From Acidimicrobiia bacterium (GTDB lineage: Bacteria > Actinomycetota > Acidimicrobiia > Spongiisociales > UBA5794): 62,655 nucleotides of DNA. Below are positions 28,644-38,508 of this stretch, piece by piece (position 1 is the first letter of the stretch; each line of letters begins with the position of its first letter). Both the position numbers and the translations under genes were made by a program. The stretch covers positions 698 to 63,352 of the forward strand of contig JAOZRW010000009.1 in the NCBI GenBank assembly GCA_029939995.1, given 5' to 3'. The notes under the pieces are model-generated. The model was not told the DNA's origin. It did no database searches and saw only the letters and a list, made by a program, of their open reading frames with translations.

Positions 28644-31600
28644 GTGCCGTACCAACCGCGTAACCACGTTCGCATCGTCACCGCCACATCGCTGTTCGAC
28701 GGGCACGACGCTGCCATCAACATCATGCGGCGCCTCCTCCAAGCGACCGGAGCAGAGGTCATCCACCTCGGTCACGACCGATCCGCCGCGGAGATCGCCA
28801 CGGCGGCCGTCGAGGAGGATGCCCAGGCGGTTGCGATCACGTCCTATCAGGGCGGCCACATGGAGTTCTTCCGATACGTCAGGAGCCTGCTCGACGAGGC
28901 AGGCGCCGGTCGTGTGAAGATCTTCGGCGGGGGAGGGGGGACGATCCTGCCGGAAGAGGCCGCCGAGCTCGAGCGTTCCGGCGTCGAGCGGATCTACACA
29001 CCCGACGACGGCCGCGAACTGGGTCTTCAAGGGATGATCGACGACCTGATCGAGCGAGCAGACTTCCCCGTCGTGGATGAATCCTCGTTCGACCTCGACC
29101 GGCTTTCCACAGCGACGCCGGCGCTGCTCGGCCGGGCCATCTCGATCGTGGAACAGTCACCCGACGGAGATCTCGCATCGGAGGCTCGCCTCATCGCAGC
29201 GGCGAGAACGGCTCCGGTGGTCGGCATCACCGGTACCGGCGGCGCGGGGAAGTCGTCCCTCATCGACGAGATCGTCGTCCGCTACCTCGCAGACTTCCCC
29301 GACCACACGCTCGGCATCGTCTCGGTCGACCCGTCGCGGAGACGCTCGGGCGGGGCGCTGCTGGGTGATCGCATCCGCATGAACGCCGTTACCCATCCGC
29401 GAGTCTTCATGCGCTCCCTCGCGACCCGTCAGGCGAACCTGGCGCTCTCACCCCACGTGTCGTCCGCCGTCGATCTCATCAAGGCGGCCGGCTACGACCT
29501 CGTCATCCTCGAAACGTCGGGCATCGGGCAGGCGGACACGGAGATCGTCGACCACGCCGACCTGGCTCTCTACGTCATGACGCCCGAGTACGGAGCGGCG
29601 AGCCAGCTCGAGAAAGTCGACATGCTCGACTATGCCGATCTCGTGGTCGTCAACAAGGCGGATCGCCGCGGGGCGGAGGACGCCGTCAGAGACGTGCGGA
29701 AGCAGTACCGGCGCAACCACGCCATCTTCGACACACCCGACGAAGATCTTCCCGTCTATCCGACGGTCGCGTCGCATTTCAACGACGCCGGCACGAACCG
29801 CTTCTACCGATCGCTCATGCGAGCTCTCGATGAGAGAAGCGGCGGCGGGTTCGCGTCGACGATGGAACTCCCCATCGATCACGGCGGGGAGCAGCCGGTC
29901 ATTCCGAAGGACCGGGTCCGGTACCTCTCCGAGATCGCCGACGCGATCCGCACCTACAACGAGCGCGTCGAGGCGCAGGCGGCGCTGGCCGTCGAAGCGC
30001 AGGCACTCGACGTGGTGGCGAAGAGAACCGGGGACGAAGCGTTGATGGCCGCCGGACGCGACGCTGCAGCATCACTCGATCCGGCCGCACGCGAGGTCCT
30101 GGGGACGTGGGACGAGACGGGTGAGAAGTACGACGCGGAGACCGTTTCGTATGAGGTGCGGGGCGAGGAGATCATCGTCGACGCCGTGACGACCACCCTG
30201 TCGGGGACCCGCGTCCCGAGGGTCGTGTTCCCCCGCCTCAGCGGCTGGGGCGACCGGGTTCGATGGGGGCTCCAGGAGAACCTCCCCGGGCGCTTCCCGT
30301 TCACCGCCGGCGTGTATCCGTTCAAGCGGGCCGCCGAGGACCCCACGCGGATGTTCGCCGGGGAGGGTGGCCCCGAGCAGACGAACCGGCGCTTCCACTA
30401 CGTGTCGCAGGGGATGCCCGCGGTGCGTCTATCGACCGCGTTCGACTCCGTCACGCTCTACGGTGAGGATCCGGACGAACGCCCCGACATCTACGGCAAG
30501 GTCGGCAACTCCGGCGTGTCCGTCGCCACGCTCGACGACGCCAAGAAGCTCTACTCGGGATTCGACCTCGTGGATCCCGCGACATCGGTGTCGATGACGA
30601 TCAACGGCCCGGCGCCGATGATGCTGGCGTTCTTCCTCAACGCAGCGGTCGACCAGCAGTGCGAGCGCTACATCGTCGAGCACGGACTCGAAGCCGCCGT
30701 CGAGGCGGCTCTCGTTGAACGCTTCGACGATCGGGGCCTCGTGCGGCCGCGTTACCACGGCGACCTGCCGCCCGGCAACGACGGGCTCGGGCTGATGCTG
30801 CTGGGTCTCACCGGGGACGAGGTGCTGCCGGCGGACGTCTACGAGCGGATCAAGGCCGAGACACTGTCCCTGGTGCGGGGAACGATCCAGGCCGACATCC
30901 TCAAGGAGGATCAGGCGCAGAACACCTGCATCTTCTCCACCGAGTTCGCTCTGCGCATGCAGGGCGACATCCAGGAGTACTTCATCGACCAGGACGTGCG
31001 GAACTTCTACTCGGTGTCGATCTCCGGCTATCACATGGCCGAGGCGGGAGCGAACCCGATCACCCAACTGGCGTTCACGCTGGCCAACGGGTTCACGTTC
31101 GTCGAGTACTTCCTGTCTCGCGGCATGGCGATCGACACGTTCGCCCCGAATCTCTCGTTCTTCTTCTCGAACGGCGTCGACGCCGAGTACGCCGTGATCG
31201 GCCGAGTCGCCCGCAAGATCTGGGCGAAGGCGATGCGCGACCGCTACGGCGCATCCGAACGGTCCCAGAAGCTGAAGTACCACATCCAGACATCCGGCCG
31301 GTCGCTCCACGCCCAGGAGATCTCGTTCAACGACATCCGCACCACGCTGCAGGCGCTGTACGCGATCTACGACAACTGCAACTCGCTGCACACCAACGCG
31401 TACGACGAGGCGATCACGACGCCGACCGAGGAATCGGTGCGCAGAGCCCTGGCCATCCAGCTGATCATCAACCGGGAGCTCGGCCTCGCAAGGAACGAGA
31501 ACCCGCTGCAGGGCTCGTTCATCATCGAGGAACTCACCGATCTCGTCGAGGAGGCCGTGCTGGCCGAATTCGACCGGCTCACCGACCGCGGGGGCGTCCT

Positions 31601-31976
31601 CGGGGCGATGGAACTCATGTACCAGCGCTCCAAGATCCAGGAGGAGTCGCTGCGCTACGAGCGCATGAAGTCGACGGGAGAGCTCCCGATCATCGGCGTC
31701 AACACGTTCCTGTCGTCCGAGGGCTCACCGTTCGTCGTTCCCGACACGGTCGTTCGCTCGACCGACGAGGACAAGCACCGCCAGATCGACGCCGCCCGTG
31801 CGGTGCGGGAACGCAACCCGGAAACCGCCGATGCGGCGTTGAAGCACCTCCAGACCGTGGCGATCGACGGCGGGAACACCTTCGATGCCCTCATGGACGC
31901 CGCCAAAGCCTGCACGATCGGCCAGATGTCGAACGCGCTCTACGCGGTCGGTGGCCGGTACCGCCGGAGCATGTAG
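28644..31976 (+). CDS. icmF: IcmF, fused B12-binding domain / MeaI GTPase / isobutyryl-CoA mutase
   Basis: [38 protein letters not shown] (Phe typical of ICM) and QADILKEDQ. Confidence 0.93.
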   Translation: MPYQPRNHVRIVTATSLFDGHDAAINIMRRLLQATGAEVIHLGHDRSAAEIATAAVEEDAQAVAITSYQGGHMEFFRYVRSLLDEAGAGRVKIFGGGGGTILPEEAAELERSGVERIYTPDDGRELGLQGMIDDLIERADFPVVDESSFDLDRLSTATPALLGRAISIVEQSPDGDLASEARLIAAARTAPVVGITGTGGAGKSSLIDEIVVRYLADFPDHTLGIVSVDPSRRRSGGALLGDRIRMNAVTHPRVFMRSLATRQANLALSPHVSSAVDLIKAAGYDLVILETSGIGQADTEIVDHADLALYVMTPEYGAASQLEKVDMLDYADLVVVNKADRRGAEDAVRDVRKQYRRNHAIFDTPDEDLPVYPTVASHFNDAGTNRFYRSLMRALDERSGGGFASTMELPIDHGGEQPVIPKDRVRYLSEIADAIRTYNERVEAQAALAVEAQALDVVAKRTGDEALMAAGRDAAASLDPAAREVLGTWDETGEKYDAETVSYEVRGEEIIVDAVTTTLSGTRVPRVVFPRLSGWGDRVRWGLQENLPGRFPFTAGVYPFKRAAEDPTRMFAGEGGPEQTNRRFHYVSQGMPAVRLSTAFDSVTLYGEDPDERPDIYGKVGNSGVSVATLDDAKKLYSGFDLVDPATSVSMTINGPAPMMLAFFLNAAVDQQCERYIVEHGLEAAVEAALVERFDDRGLVRPRYHGDLPPGNDGLGLMLLGLTGDEVLPADVYERIKAETLSLVRGTIQADILKEDQAQNTCIFSTEFALRMQGDIQEYFIDQDVRNFYSVSISGYHMAEAGANPITQLAFTLANGFTFVEYFLSRGMAIDTFAPNLSFFFSNGVDAEYAVIGRVARKIWAKAMRDRYGASERSQKLKYHIQTSGRSLHAQEISFNDIRTTLQALYAIYDNCNSLHTNAYDEAITTPTEESVRRALAIQLIINRELGLARNENPLQGSFIIEELTDLVEEAVLAEFDRLTDRGGVLGAMELMYQRSKIQEESLRYERMKSTGELPIIGVNTFLSSEGSPFVVPDTVVRSTDEDKHRQIDAARAVRERNPETADAALKHLQTVAIDGGNTFDALMDAAKACTIGQMSNALYAVGGRYRRSM

Positions 31977-31985
31977 CAGACAGAT

Positions 31986-32417
31986 CTATCCGAGCGCCGC
32001 GGACACCCGTTCGGCCGTCGCAGCGAGTTCCTCACGCGTGGGCGGGTCGTACCGGCTGATGCTGAGGCGGAAGCCGTCGCCGCGACGCCGGGGGATCACG
32101 TGGATGTGGGCATGGGCCACCTCCTGACCCGCTACGGGCCCGTCCGCCAGATAGAGGTTGATGCCCTCGATCGTCGGATCTTGAACACGATGCGCGGCGG
32201 CGATCCGTCGGGCCACGTTCATCATATGTGCAGCGATCTCGTCATCCAGATCGACGAGGTCGGGAAGATGTCGGCGTGGCAGGACGAGGAGATGACCCGG
32301 TGTCACCGGGTTGATGTCCATGATCGAGACGACGTCGTCGTCCTCGTAGACGAAGTTGGCCGGCAGTTCGCCATCGAGGATGGCGCAGAAGACGCAGAAG
32401 TCGGTTGATTCGCTCAT
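31986..32417 (-). CDS. HIT-family nucleotide hydrolase
   Basis: CVFC, DINPVTPGH and HAHIHVIPR. Confidence 0.92.
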   Translation of the reverse strand: MSESTDFCVFCAILDGELPANFVYEDDDVVSIMDINPVTPGHLLVLPRRHLPDLVDLDDEIAAHMMNVARRIAAAHRVQDPTIEGINLYLADGPVAGQEVAHAHIHVIPRRRGDGFRLSISRYDPPTREELAATAERVSAALG

Positions 32418-32454
32418 GGGCCGAGAATACCGGGTCGGCGATGCCCCGTGCGAG

Positions 32455-33561
32455 CTACGGCGGGTCGGGGCCGATCGGAGCGCGGGTGAGACGCCGGCGC
32501 AACGGTGGCGATCCCGCGTCGATGCGCATCCCCATCTCGTGGATCGCGACGTGGTGATGGAACCAGCAGAGGGTCGTGAGGTTCTCCGGATCGTGGGTCC
32601 CGCCTTCGCAGCGGGGCACGATGTGGTGAGGTCCGAGCCGGTACCGCGACGTACATCCGGCGATCGTGCAACCCCCGTCGCGGTGAGCGACGAAGCTTCG
32701 GACGGCCGGGGGAATGATGCGGGCCGCGTCGGAGGTGACGACGGGTCTGCCGCCGGAGAGGCCGACGATCTGCACCGCGCCCGTGCAGAGCAGTTCTTCG
32801 AGGACGGTGGGACCGACTCTCGGTCCGTACCGGACCCGGCATCCCTCTTCGCCCCCGGTTCCGTTCGCCTCGTCGAGGTCGACGAGGACGGTCACCCGCC
32901 CGCCGGGGGAACCTGCCGCATCACTACCGCCGTCGAGAGAGTCCCGTGCGATCGACGCGAGGGCATCGGCCTGTCGCTGGCCTCGCGTCGCCAGGTCGCC
33001 ATCGGGGAGCATCCGCATCCGGTCGGCTCGTTCTGAGAGGGCCGCTTCGACGATGCGGCCGTCTACGGCCCCGAGTAGGCCGCTCAAGCGCCACGCCGAC
33101 CCGTCGAGGTTGGGCTGAACCGACACGAACCGTTCGGCTGCGACCTCACGTTCGTCGCGGCGTGTCACACGTCGCTGTTGCGCTGTCACACGGCCGAGGG
33201 TCGCCAGGTCCAGTGACTCTGCATGCTCCATCGTGGACGGGTCGGCTCCGGCATCGGCGAGACGCAGCAACCCGACGGCGCGATCGAACGTGATGCGACC
33301 TTCGGCGAGGCGGAAGTTGATCGGTCGGTTCTTCGGCAGATGCCTTCCCGCGAACACCAACTCCGTTGCAGAGGCTCGCGACACATCCAACTCGGCGGAG
33401 AGCCATTCGTTGATCGACCGATGCCCGTCTCGCCCTGCGACGTTGATCTTGTCCAACTCGTTGATCAGCACCGCCTGCTCGCACCGCAGGTCAGAGATCT
33501 CCGCCTCGACTTGTCGGAGCCGCTCGACCATATCGTCGGCGCTGCGGGTCATGAACAACAT
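32455..33561 (-). CDS. DUF222-domain HNH endonuclease (13E12-repeat-like)
   Basis: QRQADAL, RDGGCTIAGC and HHIV...GG...ENLTTLCWFHHH. Start placed at ATG 33561, 6 nt after a TACGTT -10 element. Confidence 0.85.
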   Translation of the reverse strand: MLFMTRSADDMVERLRQVEAEISDLRCEQAVLINELDKINVAGRDGHRSINEWLSAELDVSRASATELVFAGRHLPKNRPINFRLAEGRITFDRAVGLLRLADAGADPSTMEHAESLDLATLGRVTAQQRRVTRRDEREVAAERFVSVQPNLDGSAWRLSGLLGAVDGRIVEAALSERADRMRMLPDGDLATRGQRQADALASIARDSLDGGSDAAGSPGGRVTVLVDLDEANGTGGEEGCRVRYGPRVGPTVLEELLCTGAVQIVGLSGGRPVVTSDAARIIPPAVRSFVAHRDGGCTIAGCTSRYRLGPHHIVPRCEGGTHDPENLTTLCWFHHHVAIHEMGMRIDAGSPPLRRRLTRAPIGPDPP

Positions 33562-33589
33562 GCCGACAACGTACCTGCCGGGTGTGACG
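33562..33589 (-). promoter_or_regulatory. PafBC/RecA-NDp-like leaderless promoter of the HNH gene
   Basis: Minus strand reads CGTCAC-N10-TACGTT-N6-ATG; the spacing matches TGTCGG-N10-TA-N3-T. Confidence 0.45.
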
Positions 33590-33653
33590 GAAACGCGTGA
33601 AGAACTGTTGATCTTCAAGGAGATCTCGGGATTCTCTTCTGTAGGCTCGACGC

Positions 33654-35030
33654 ATGGATCTGGACTCCCTGAAAGCTGAGATCGCTGCCTTCCACCGTGA
33701 CAAGAAGTGGATCATCCTGCCGGACGCCGCCGCGGGAGCGACGTCGATCGTCGAGCAGCTCAGGGAGTGGGGAGCGGGGAGCATCATGGTCGTCGCCGCG
33801 GTCGAAGGAGTCGGCGACCTGCCCGTCGCCGACCGGTTCTTCTACACGCGGACGAGGGGCGACACCGTGATGCAGGGCATCCGCGCCTACCTCGCCGCGG
33901 TGGAGCACCCGTCGGACCAGCTGCTCTCGGCCGTCGGCCGGTTCGATCCGGGTCACGAGGCGATGGTGCTCGGCGGCGGTTTCAGCCGTTCCGGAGTACT
34001 CGCCGGGCGTCCGGTGTACGGAGCGAGACCGGCCGGGTGGGGACGGCTCGAGGACAAGACCATCGTGGATCGACTCTGGGACGCCGCGGACGTTCGAAGA
34101 GCGCCATCGGCAGTGGTCCCGGTGGGCGAAGCAGCGGGTGCGGCGGTGAGTCTCGCCTCCGAACTCGGAACCGTGTGGGTCGCCGACAACCGGGAGGGGT
34201 GGCACGGGGGCGGGGAGTACGCCCGCTGGGTTCGCACCGAAGCGGATACCGAGCCGGCCGTCACATGGTTCGCACAGCACGCGGACAGGGTTCGCGTCAT
34301 GCCGTTCCTCGACGGCATCCCCTCGTCTATCCACGGATTCGTGACCGACGACGGAGTTGCCGTGTTCCTGCCCGTGGAGATGATCATCCTTCGCAACACG
34401 GAGCGACCGGAGTTCATCTACGCCCAGGCGGCGAACTTCTGGAATCCGCCCGATGGCGTACGTGACGAGATGCGCGAGAACGCCCGCCGGGTAGGGACGC
34501 TGCTCGCCGACAGGTACGGCTATCTCGGCGGTTTCGGGATCGACGGTGTCTGCACGGCCGACGGATTCCTCCCGACGGAACTCAACCCACGGCTCTCGGT
34601 CGGCCACGGTCTCCAATCCCGGGCCGCCGATGTTCCGCTGGGAAGCATCGAACGGATGCTGGTCGCAGGGGACATCTCCGTCGGTTCGGCCGATCTGGAG
34701 CAGACGGTCGTCGAGGCGGCCGACTCCGACAGACGGGGAGGCATGTTGCTCCCCATGACCGCCTCTCACGACGCGGGGAGGACGGGAATCCTGTTCGGAG
34801 AGGGCGCCGCCACACCGACCGATCCGGACGGCGAGAACGACGCCGTCCTGGAGATCGGGCCGGCGGCGATGGGGTCCATCATCATCCTCCGTCTCGATCC
34901 CGAACGCACCCCGATCGGGCCGTCCACGGCGCCGAGGGCCGTTCAGGCGATCGACCTCGCCCGGGATCTGTGGAACGTCGAGATCCCCCCGGTGGCACCG
35001 GCGCCCGACGTATGTGCCCCGCCCGGATAG
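33654..35030 (+). CDS. Hypothetical ATP-grasp-like protein
   Basis: LEDKT, RVMPFLDG and GGFGIDG...PTELNPR resemble ATP-grasp catalytic elements. Confidence 0.6.
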   Translation: MDLDSLKAEIAAFHRDKKWIILPDAAAGATSIVEQLREWGAGSIMVVAAVEGVGDLPVADRFFYTRTRGDTVMQGIRAYLAAVEHPSDQLLSAVGRFDPGHEAMVLGGGFSRSGVLAGRPVYGARPAGWGRLEDKTIVDRLWDAADVRRAPSAVVPVGEAAGAAVSLASELGTVWVADNREGWHGGGEYARWVRTEADTEPAVTWFAQHADRVRVMPFLDGIPSSIHGFVTDDGVAVFLPVEMIILRNTERPEFIYAQAANFWNPPDGVRDEMRENARRVGTLLADRYGYLGGFGIDGVCTADGFLPTELNPRLSVGHGLQSRAADVPLGSIERMLVAGDISVGSADLEQTVVEAADSDRRGGMLLPMTASHDAGRTGILFGEGAATPTDPDGENDAVLEIGPAAMGSIIILRLDPERTPIGPSTAPRAVQAIDLARDLWNVEIPPVAPAPDVCAPPG

Positions 35031-35048
35031 CCGGCATCGAAGCCGGGA

Positions 35049-35909
35049 TCAGGGGAGATCGAGCGGGACGGTGATCCCATCGATCGGTTCGTCGTTCTCG
35101 TCGACGGTTCCCACGAAGAGATCGACCGCTCCGGACGGCCCGTCATCGAGCGTGAGACGAAACGCATGCCAGACGAAGGCCGGAGACAGGGTGGAGATCG
35201 ACCGATCGATCGCCACTCCCAACTGGTCCGTCAGCCGGATGCGGACCGCGTCGACGTCCGGGGCGGCATACCCGGTGATCTGGAGCGGGTAGAGGCCGAC
35301 TCCTCGGCGAGGGCTCAGGAGGACGATCCCGCCGCTCTCGACCGCGCCCGTGATCGGCCGGTCATCCCCGGCGGGGACGAGGTCGATCACGACCCGGCCG
35401 GGGGATGTCGTCGAGAACGCCCGGGCAGCGACCCGCTCTCCGAGATGGAGATCCACGACGAGTCCGTCGCCGATCCCGTCGACGACGAACCAGCGGTCGA
35501 CCAGGCCGCCGTTCAGCTTCGTGTCCGCAACCGCCGAGTCGACGATGTCCTCCGAGAGCGTGATCCTGACGATGCCTGCGTCCGGCATGATCGCGACGGC
35601 GACGGGGCCGATGCTCGAAGCCGGCGACCCGGCTTCGGACAGGAAAGTCAACTCGATCCGCTCGCAGTCGTCTGAGGGCAACCAACGGAGATCTCCGATC
35701 GCCCGGGCGTCGCGCCCCTGGCTGTCGAGGACGGCGACGACCCCGTCTTCGACGAACGGCAGCTCACCGGTCCGGCATTCCGATCCTGCGATCGTCGTGG
35801 TCGTCGTCGTCGACGAGGTGGTCGTCGACGAGTCGTGCGTCACATCGCCGGTTCCGGTGCATGCGGACGCAACGAGGACGAATCCGGTGATGACGATGGC
35901 GAACCGCAT
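35049..35909 (-). CDS. Lipoprotein with a Thr/Ser linker, an AMIN-like domain and a C-terminal Ig-like domain
   Basis: Lipobox VASAC, SSTTTSSTTTTTT, CERIELTF and PGRVVIDL. Confidence 0.65.
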   Translation of the reverse strand: MRFAIVITGFVLVASACTGTGDVTHDSSTTTSSTTTTTTIAGSECRTGELPFVEDGVVAVLDSQGRDARAIGDLRWLPSDDCERIELTFLSEAGSPASSIGPVAVAIMPDAGIVRITLSEDIVDSAVADTKLNGGLVDRWFVVDGIGDGLVVDLHLGERVAARAFSTTSPGRVVIDLVPAGDDRPITGAVESGGIVLLSPRRGVGLYPLQITGYAAPDVDAVRIRLTDQLGVAIDRSISTLSPAFVWHAFRLTLDDGPSGAVDLFVGTVDENDEPIDGITVPLDLP

Positions 35910-36015
35910 CCCCGGAGGTTACCGGTCCGATCGGTTGGCGCCCGCTTGGCTTATGGTCGACGGGCACAGGCAATGCGGAAGATATCGACAACCGAGCGCA
36001 CGGGATCGTCCAGCG

Positions 36016-37359
36016 ATGGACCAGGCACAGACACCGGGTATGAAGACGTTCTTGATCGTCTGGGGCGGGCAGCTCGTCTCGCTCGTCGGTACCAGTCTGA
36101 CGGCGTTCGCCCTCAGCATCTTCGTGTTCCAACAGACCGGCTCGGTCACCCAGTTGGCGACGGTGCTCCTCGCGTCGCATCTACCCGCGCTGCTCATCAC
36201 GCCGTTCGCCGGAACGATCGTCGATCGTTGGGATCGCAGGAAGGCGATGATCCTCGCGGACGCAGGTGCCGCCATCGGCACGGCCGTTCTCGTGGGTTTC
36301 TACCTCGCCGGTTCTCTCTCCGTCTGGAACATCGCGCTCGCCGTGGGGATCTCGGGGTTGTTCCAGGCCTTCCAATGGCCCGCGTACTCGGCGGCGATGG
36401 CCGTGCTGGTGCCCAAAGAACAGTTCGGCAGGGCCTCCGGACTCGTGCAACTGGCCGAAGCGCTCGGAGAGTTGGGCGGTCCGATCCTCGCCGGTTTCGT
36501 TCTCGCGTTCTCGGGGATCGGCCTCGTGTTCGCCGTCGACGTGGCGACGTTCTTCTTCGCCATCGGAACGTTGCTGATCACCCGGTTCCCGACACCGATC
36601 GAGACCGAGGCGGGAGCCGCAGGCACCGGGAGCTTCTGGCACGAGACCGTGTACGGGTTCCGCTATCTCTTCACCCGGCGCGGCCTCTTCGCGTTGCTGC
36701 TCGTGTTCGCCGTCGTCAATTTCGCTTTCGGATTCATGGGTCCGCTGTTCATCCCGCTCGGACTGTCGCTCACCTCGGAGGCCGGCCTCGGCACGGCGTT
36801 CTCCGTCGCGGCCTCCGGCATGTTGATCGGATCGGTCGTGGCGAGCGCATGGGGAGGCCCGAAGAAACGCGTGCGCGGCCTCGTCGTCGGGGGAGCGCTT
36901 CTCGGTCTCGCTTTCGCCGCCATCGGGCTCTCGCCGTCGATCTACTGGGTCACCGTCGTCATGTTCCTGGGGATGTTCCTCACGCCGACCATCAATGCCA
37001 CGAGCCAGGCGCTCTGGCTGGCGAAGGTGGAGGCGGATCTTCAGGGCCGTGTCGCCGCGGTGCGGCGGTTCATCGCCCAGGCGGCCATTCCCCTCGCCTA
37101 CGTGCTCGTCGGACCGCTCTCGGACCGGGTCTTCGAGCCGCTCATGGCCGACGGCGGGAGGTGGGCCGATTCGATCGGGAGGATCATCGGCTCGGGCGCG
37201 GGGCGCGGCTACGCACTCTTCTTCGTCGTGATCGGCGTCACGGTGATCGCCGTCGTGCTCGGATCGTGGATGTACCCGCCGCTGCGCAACCTGGAGCGAG
37301 ACATCCCCGACGCCGTGCAGGAGCCCGAGCCGACGGCCGCCGAAGGACCCGCCGTGTGA
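36016..37359 (+). CDS. MFS transporter (macrolide-efflux/EntS-like)
   Basis: WGGQLVSLVG, GTIVDRWDRRK, LQGRV and about 12 TM helices. Confidence 0.88.
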   Translation: MDQAQTPGMKTFLIVWGGQLVSLVGTSLTAFALSIFVFQQTGSVTQLATVLLASHLPALLITPFAGTIVDRWDRRKAMILADAGAAIGTAVLVGFYLAGSLSVWNIALAVGISGLFQAFQWPAYSAAMAVLVPKEQFGRASGLVQLAEALGELGGPILAGFVLAFSGIGLVFAVDVATFFFAIGTLLITRFPTPIETEAGAAGTGSFWHETVYGFRYLFTRRGLFALLLVFAVVNFAFGFMGPLFIPLGLSLTSEAGLGTAFSVAASGMLIGSVVASAWGGPKKRVRGLVVGGALLGLAFAAIGLSPSIYWVTVVMFLGMFLTPTINATSQALWLAKVEADLQGRVAAVRRFIAQAAIPLAYVLVGPLSDRVFEPLMADGGRWADSIGRIIGSGAGRGYALFFVVIGVTVIAVVLGSWMYPPLRNLERDIPDAVQEPEPTAAEGPAV

Positions 37360-37371
37360 TAGGTTCGCTCG

Positions 37372-38508
37372 ATGCCCTTTCCGGCGCCCGACCCAGAACT
37401 CGCGGTTCGCTTCCTCGATGGTGATGCCGACACGGCGCCGCTCTTCGCCGAAGCGCGCCGCCTGCGAGACGGAGGGAAAGGGAGGGTCGTCACATACAGC
37501 AGGAAGGTGTTCGTGCCCGTCACCACCATGTGCCGGGATCGGTGCAGCTACTGCACCTTCGCGAAACCCCCCGGCGCCGGAGGAGCCTATCTGACGGACG
37601 ACGAGGTGATGACGGTCGTCCGGGCGGGGGAGGCCGGGGGATGCACCGAAGCCCTCTTCACCCTCGGTGACCGGCCGGAGGACCGATGGCCGGCAGCGAG
37701 AGCCTTCCTCGACCGGGTGGGCCACGACACGACCTTGTCGTACGTCCGCCATCTCACCGAGCGGGTCTTCGCTGAGACCGGCGTGTTCCCGCACGCCAAC
37801 CCGGGCCTGATGGACGAGGAAACCCAACGAGGCCTTCGTCGATCGAACCCCAGCCTCGGATTGATGCTCGAGAACATCTCTCAGCGCCTCATGGAACCGG
37901 GCATGCCGCATCACGACTGCCCCGACAAGGAACCGTCCGCGCGAATGGAGACTATCGAGACGGCCGGTCGTCTCCGCATCCCGTTCACGACCGGCGTGCT
38001 CGTGGGAATCGGAGAGACCGGGGCAGAGATCGTCGACAGCCTCTTCGCACTCGAAGCCGTTCACCGGCGGTGGGGTCACCTGCAAGAGATCATCGTGCAG
38101 AACTTCCGGCCGAAGGCGGACACGCGCATGCGCCACGCATCTCCCCCGACCGTCCGATGGTTCGCCACGGTCGTGGCGCTGACGCGATGGATCTTCGGAC
38201 CGGAGATGAACGTCCAGGTCCCGCCGAACCTCACGGCCGACTTCGCGATGTACCTCGATGCCGGAATCAACGACTGGGGCGGTGTCTCGCCGCTCACGAT
38301 CGACTGGGTGAACCCCGAAGCGCCCTGGCCGCATCTCGATCGTCTCAGGTCCGTGACGGAACACGCCGGTTTCGACCTGCGGCAGCGGATGCCCGTGTAT
38401 CCGGAGTTCATCGCGCCCGAATGGATCGACCCGGCGGTTCTCGCGCGGCTCGTCTCCGTGACGGACGACCGGGGGTACGCTCTCGTCGAGGAGATAGAGC
38501 CGACATGA
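37372..38508 (+). CDS. cofG: FO synthase subunit CofG (radical SAM)
   Basis: TYSRKVFVP, CRDRCSYC, EALFTLGDRPE, PHANPG and QVPPNL...GINDWGGVSP. Confidence 0.92.
   Translation: MPFPAPDPELAVRFLDGDADTAPLFAEARRLRDGGKGRVVTYSRKVFVPVTTMCRDRCSYCTFAKPPGAGGAYLTDDEVMTVVRAGEAGGCTEALFTLGDRPEDRWPAARAFLDRVGHDTTLSYVRHLTERVFAETGVFPHANPGLMDEETQRGLRRSNPSLGLMLENISQRLMEPGMPHHDCPDKEPSARMETIETAGRLRIPFTTGVLVGIGETGAEIVDSLFALEAVHRRWGHLQEIIVQNFRPKADTRMRHASPPTVRWFATVVALTRWIFGPEMNVQVPPNLTADFAMYLDAGINDWGGVSPLTIDWVNPEAPWPHLDRLRSVTEHAGFDLRQRMPVYPEFIAPEWIDPAVLARLVSVTDDRGYALVEEIEPT

Noticed and set aside
32455-33561. HNH gene as an IscB/Cas9-like RNA-guided nuclease
   Set aside because: No RuvC motifs or PLMP domain, and the flanks (37 nt and about 90 nt) leave little room for a guide RNA.
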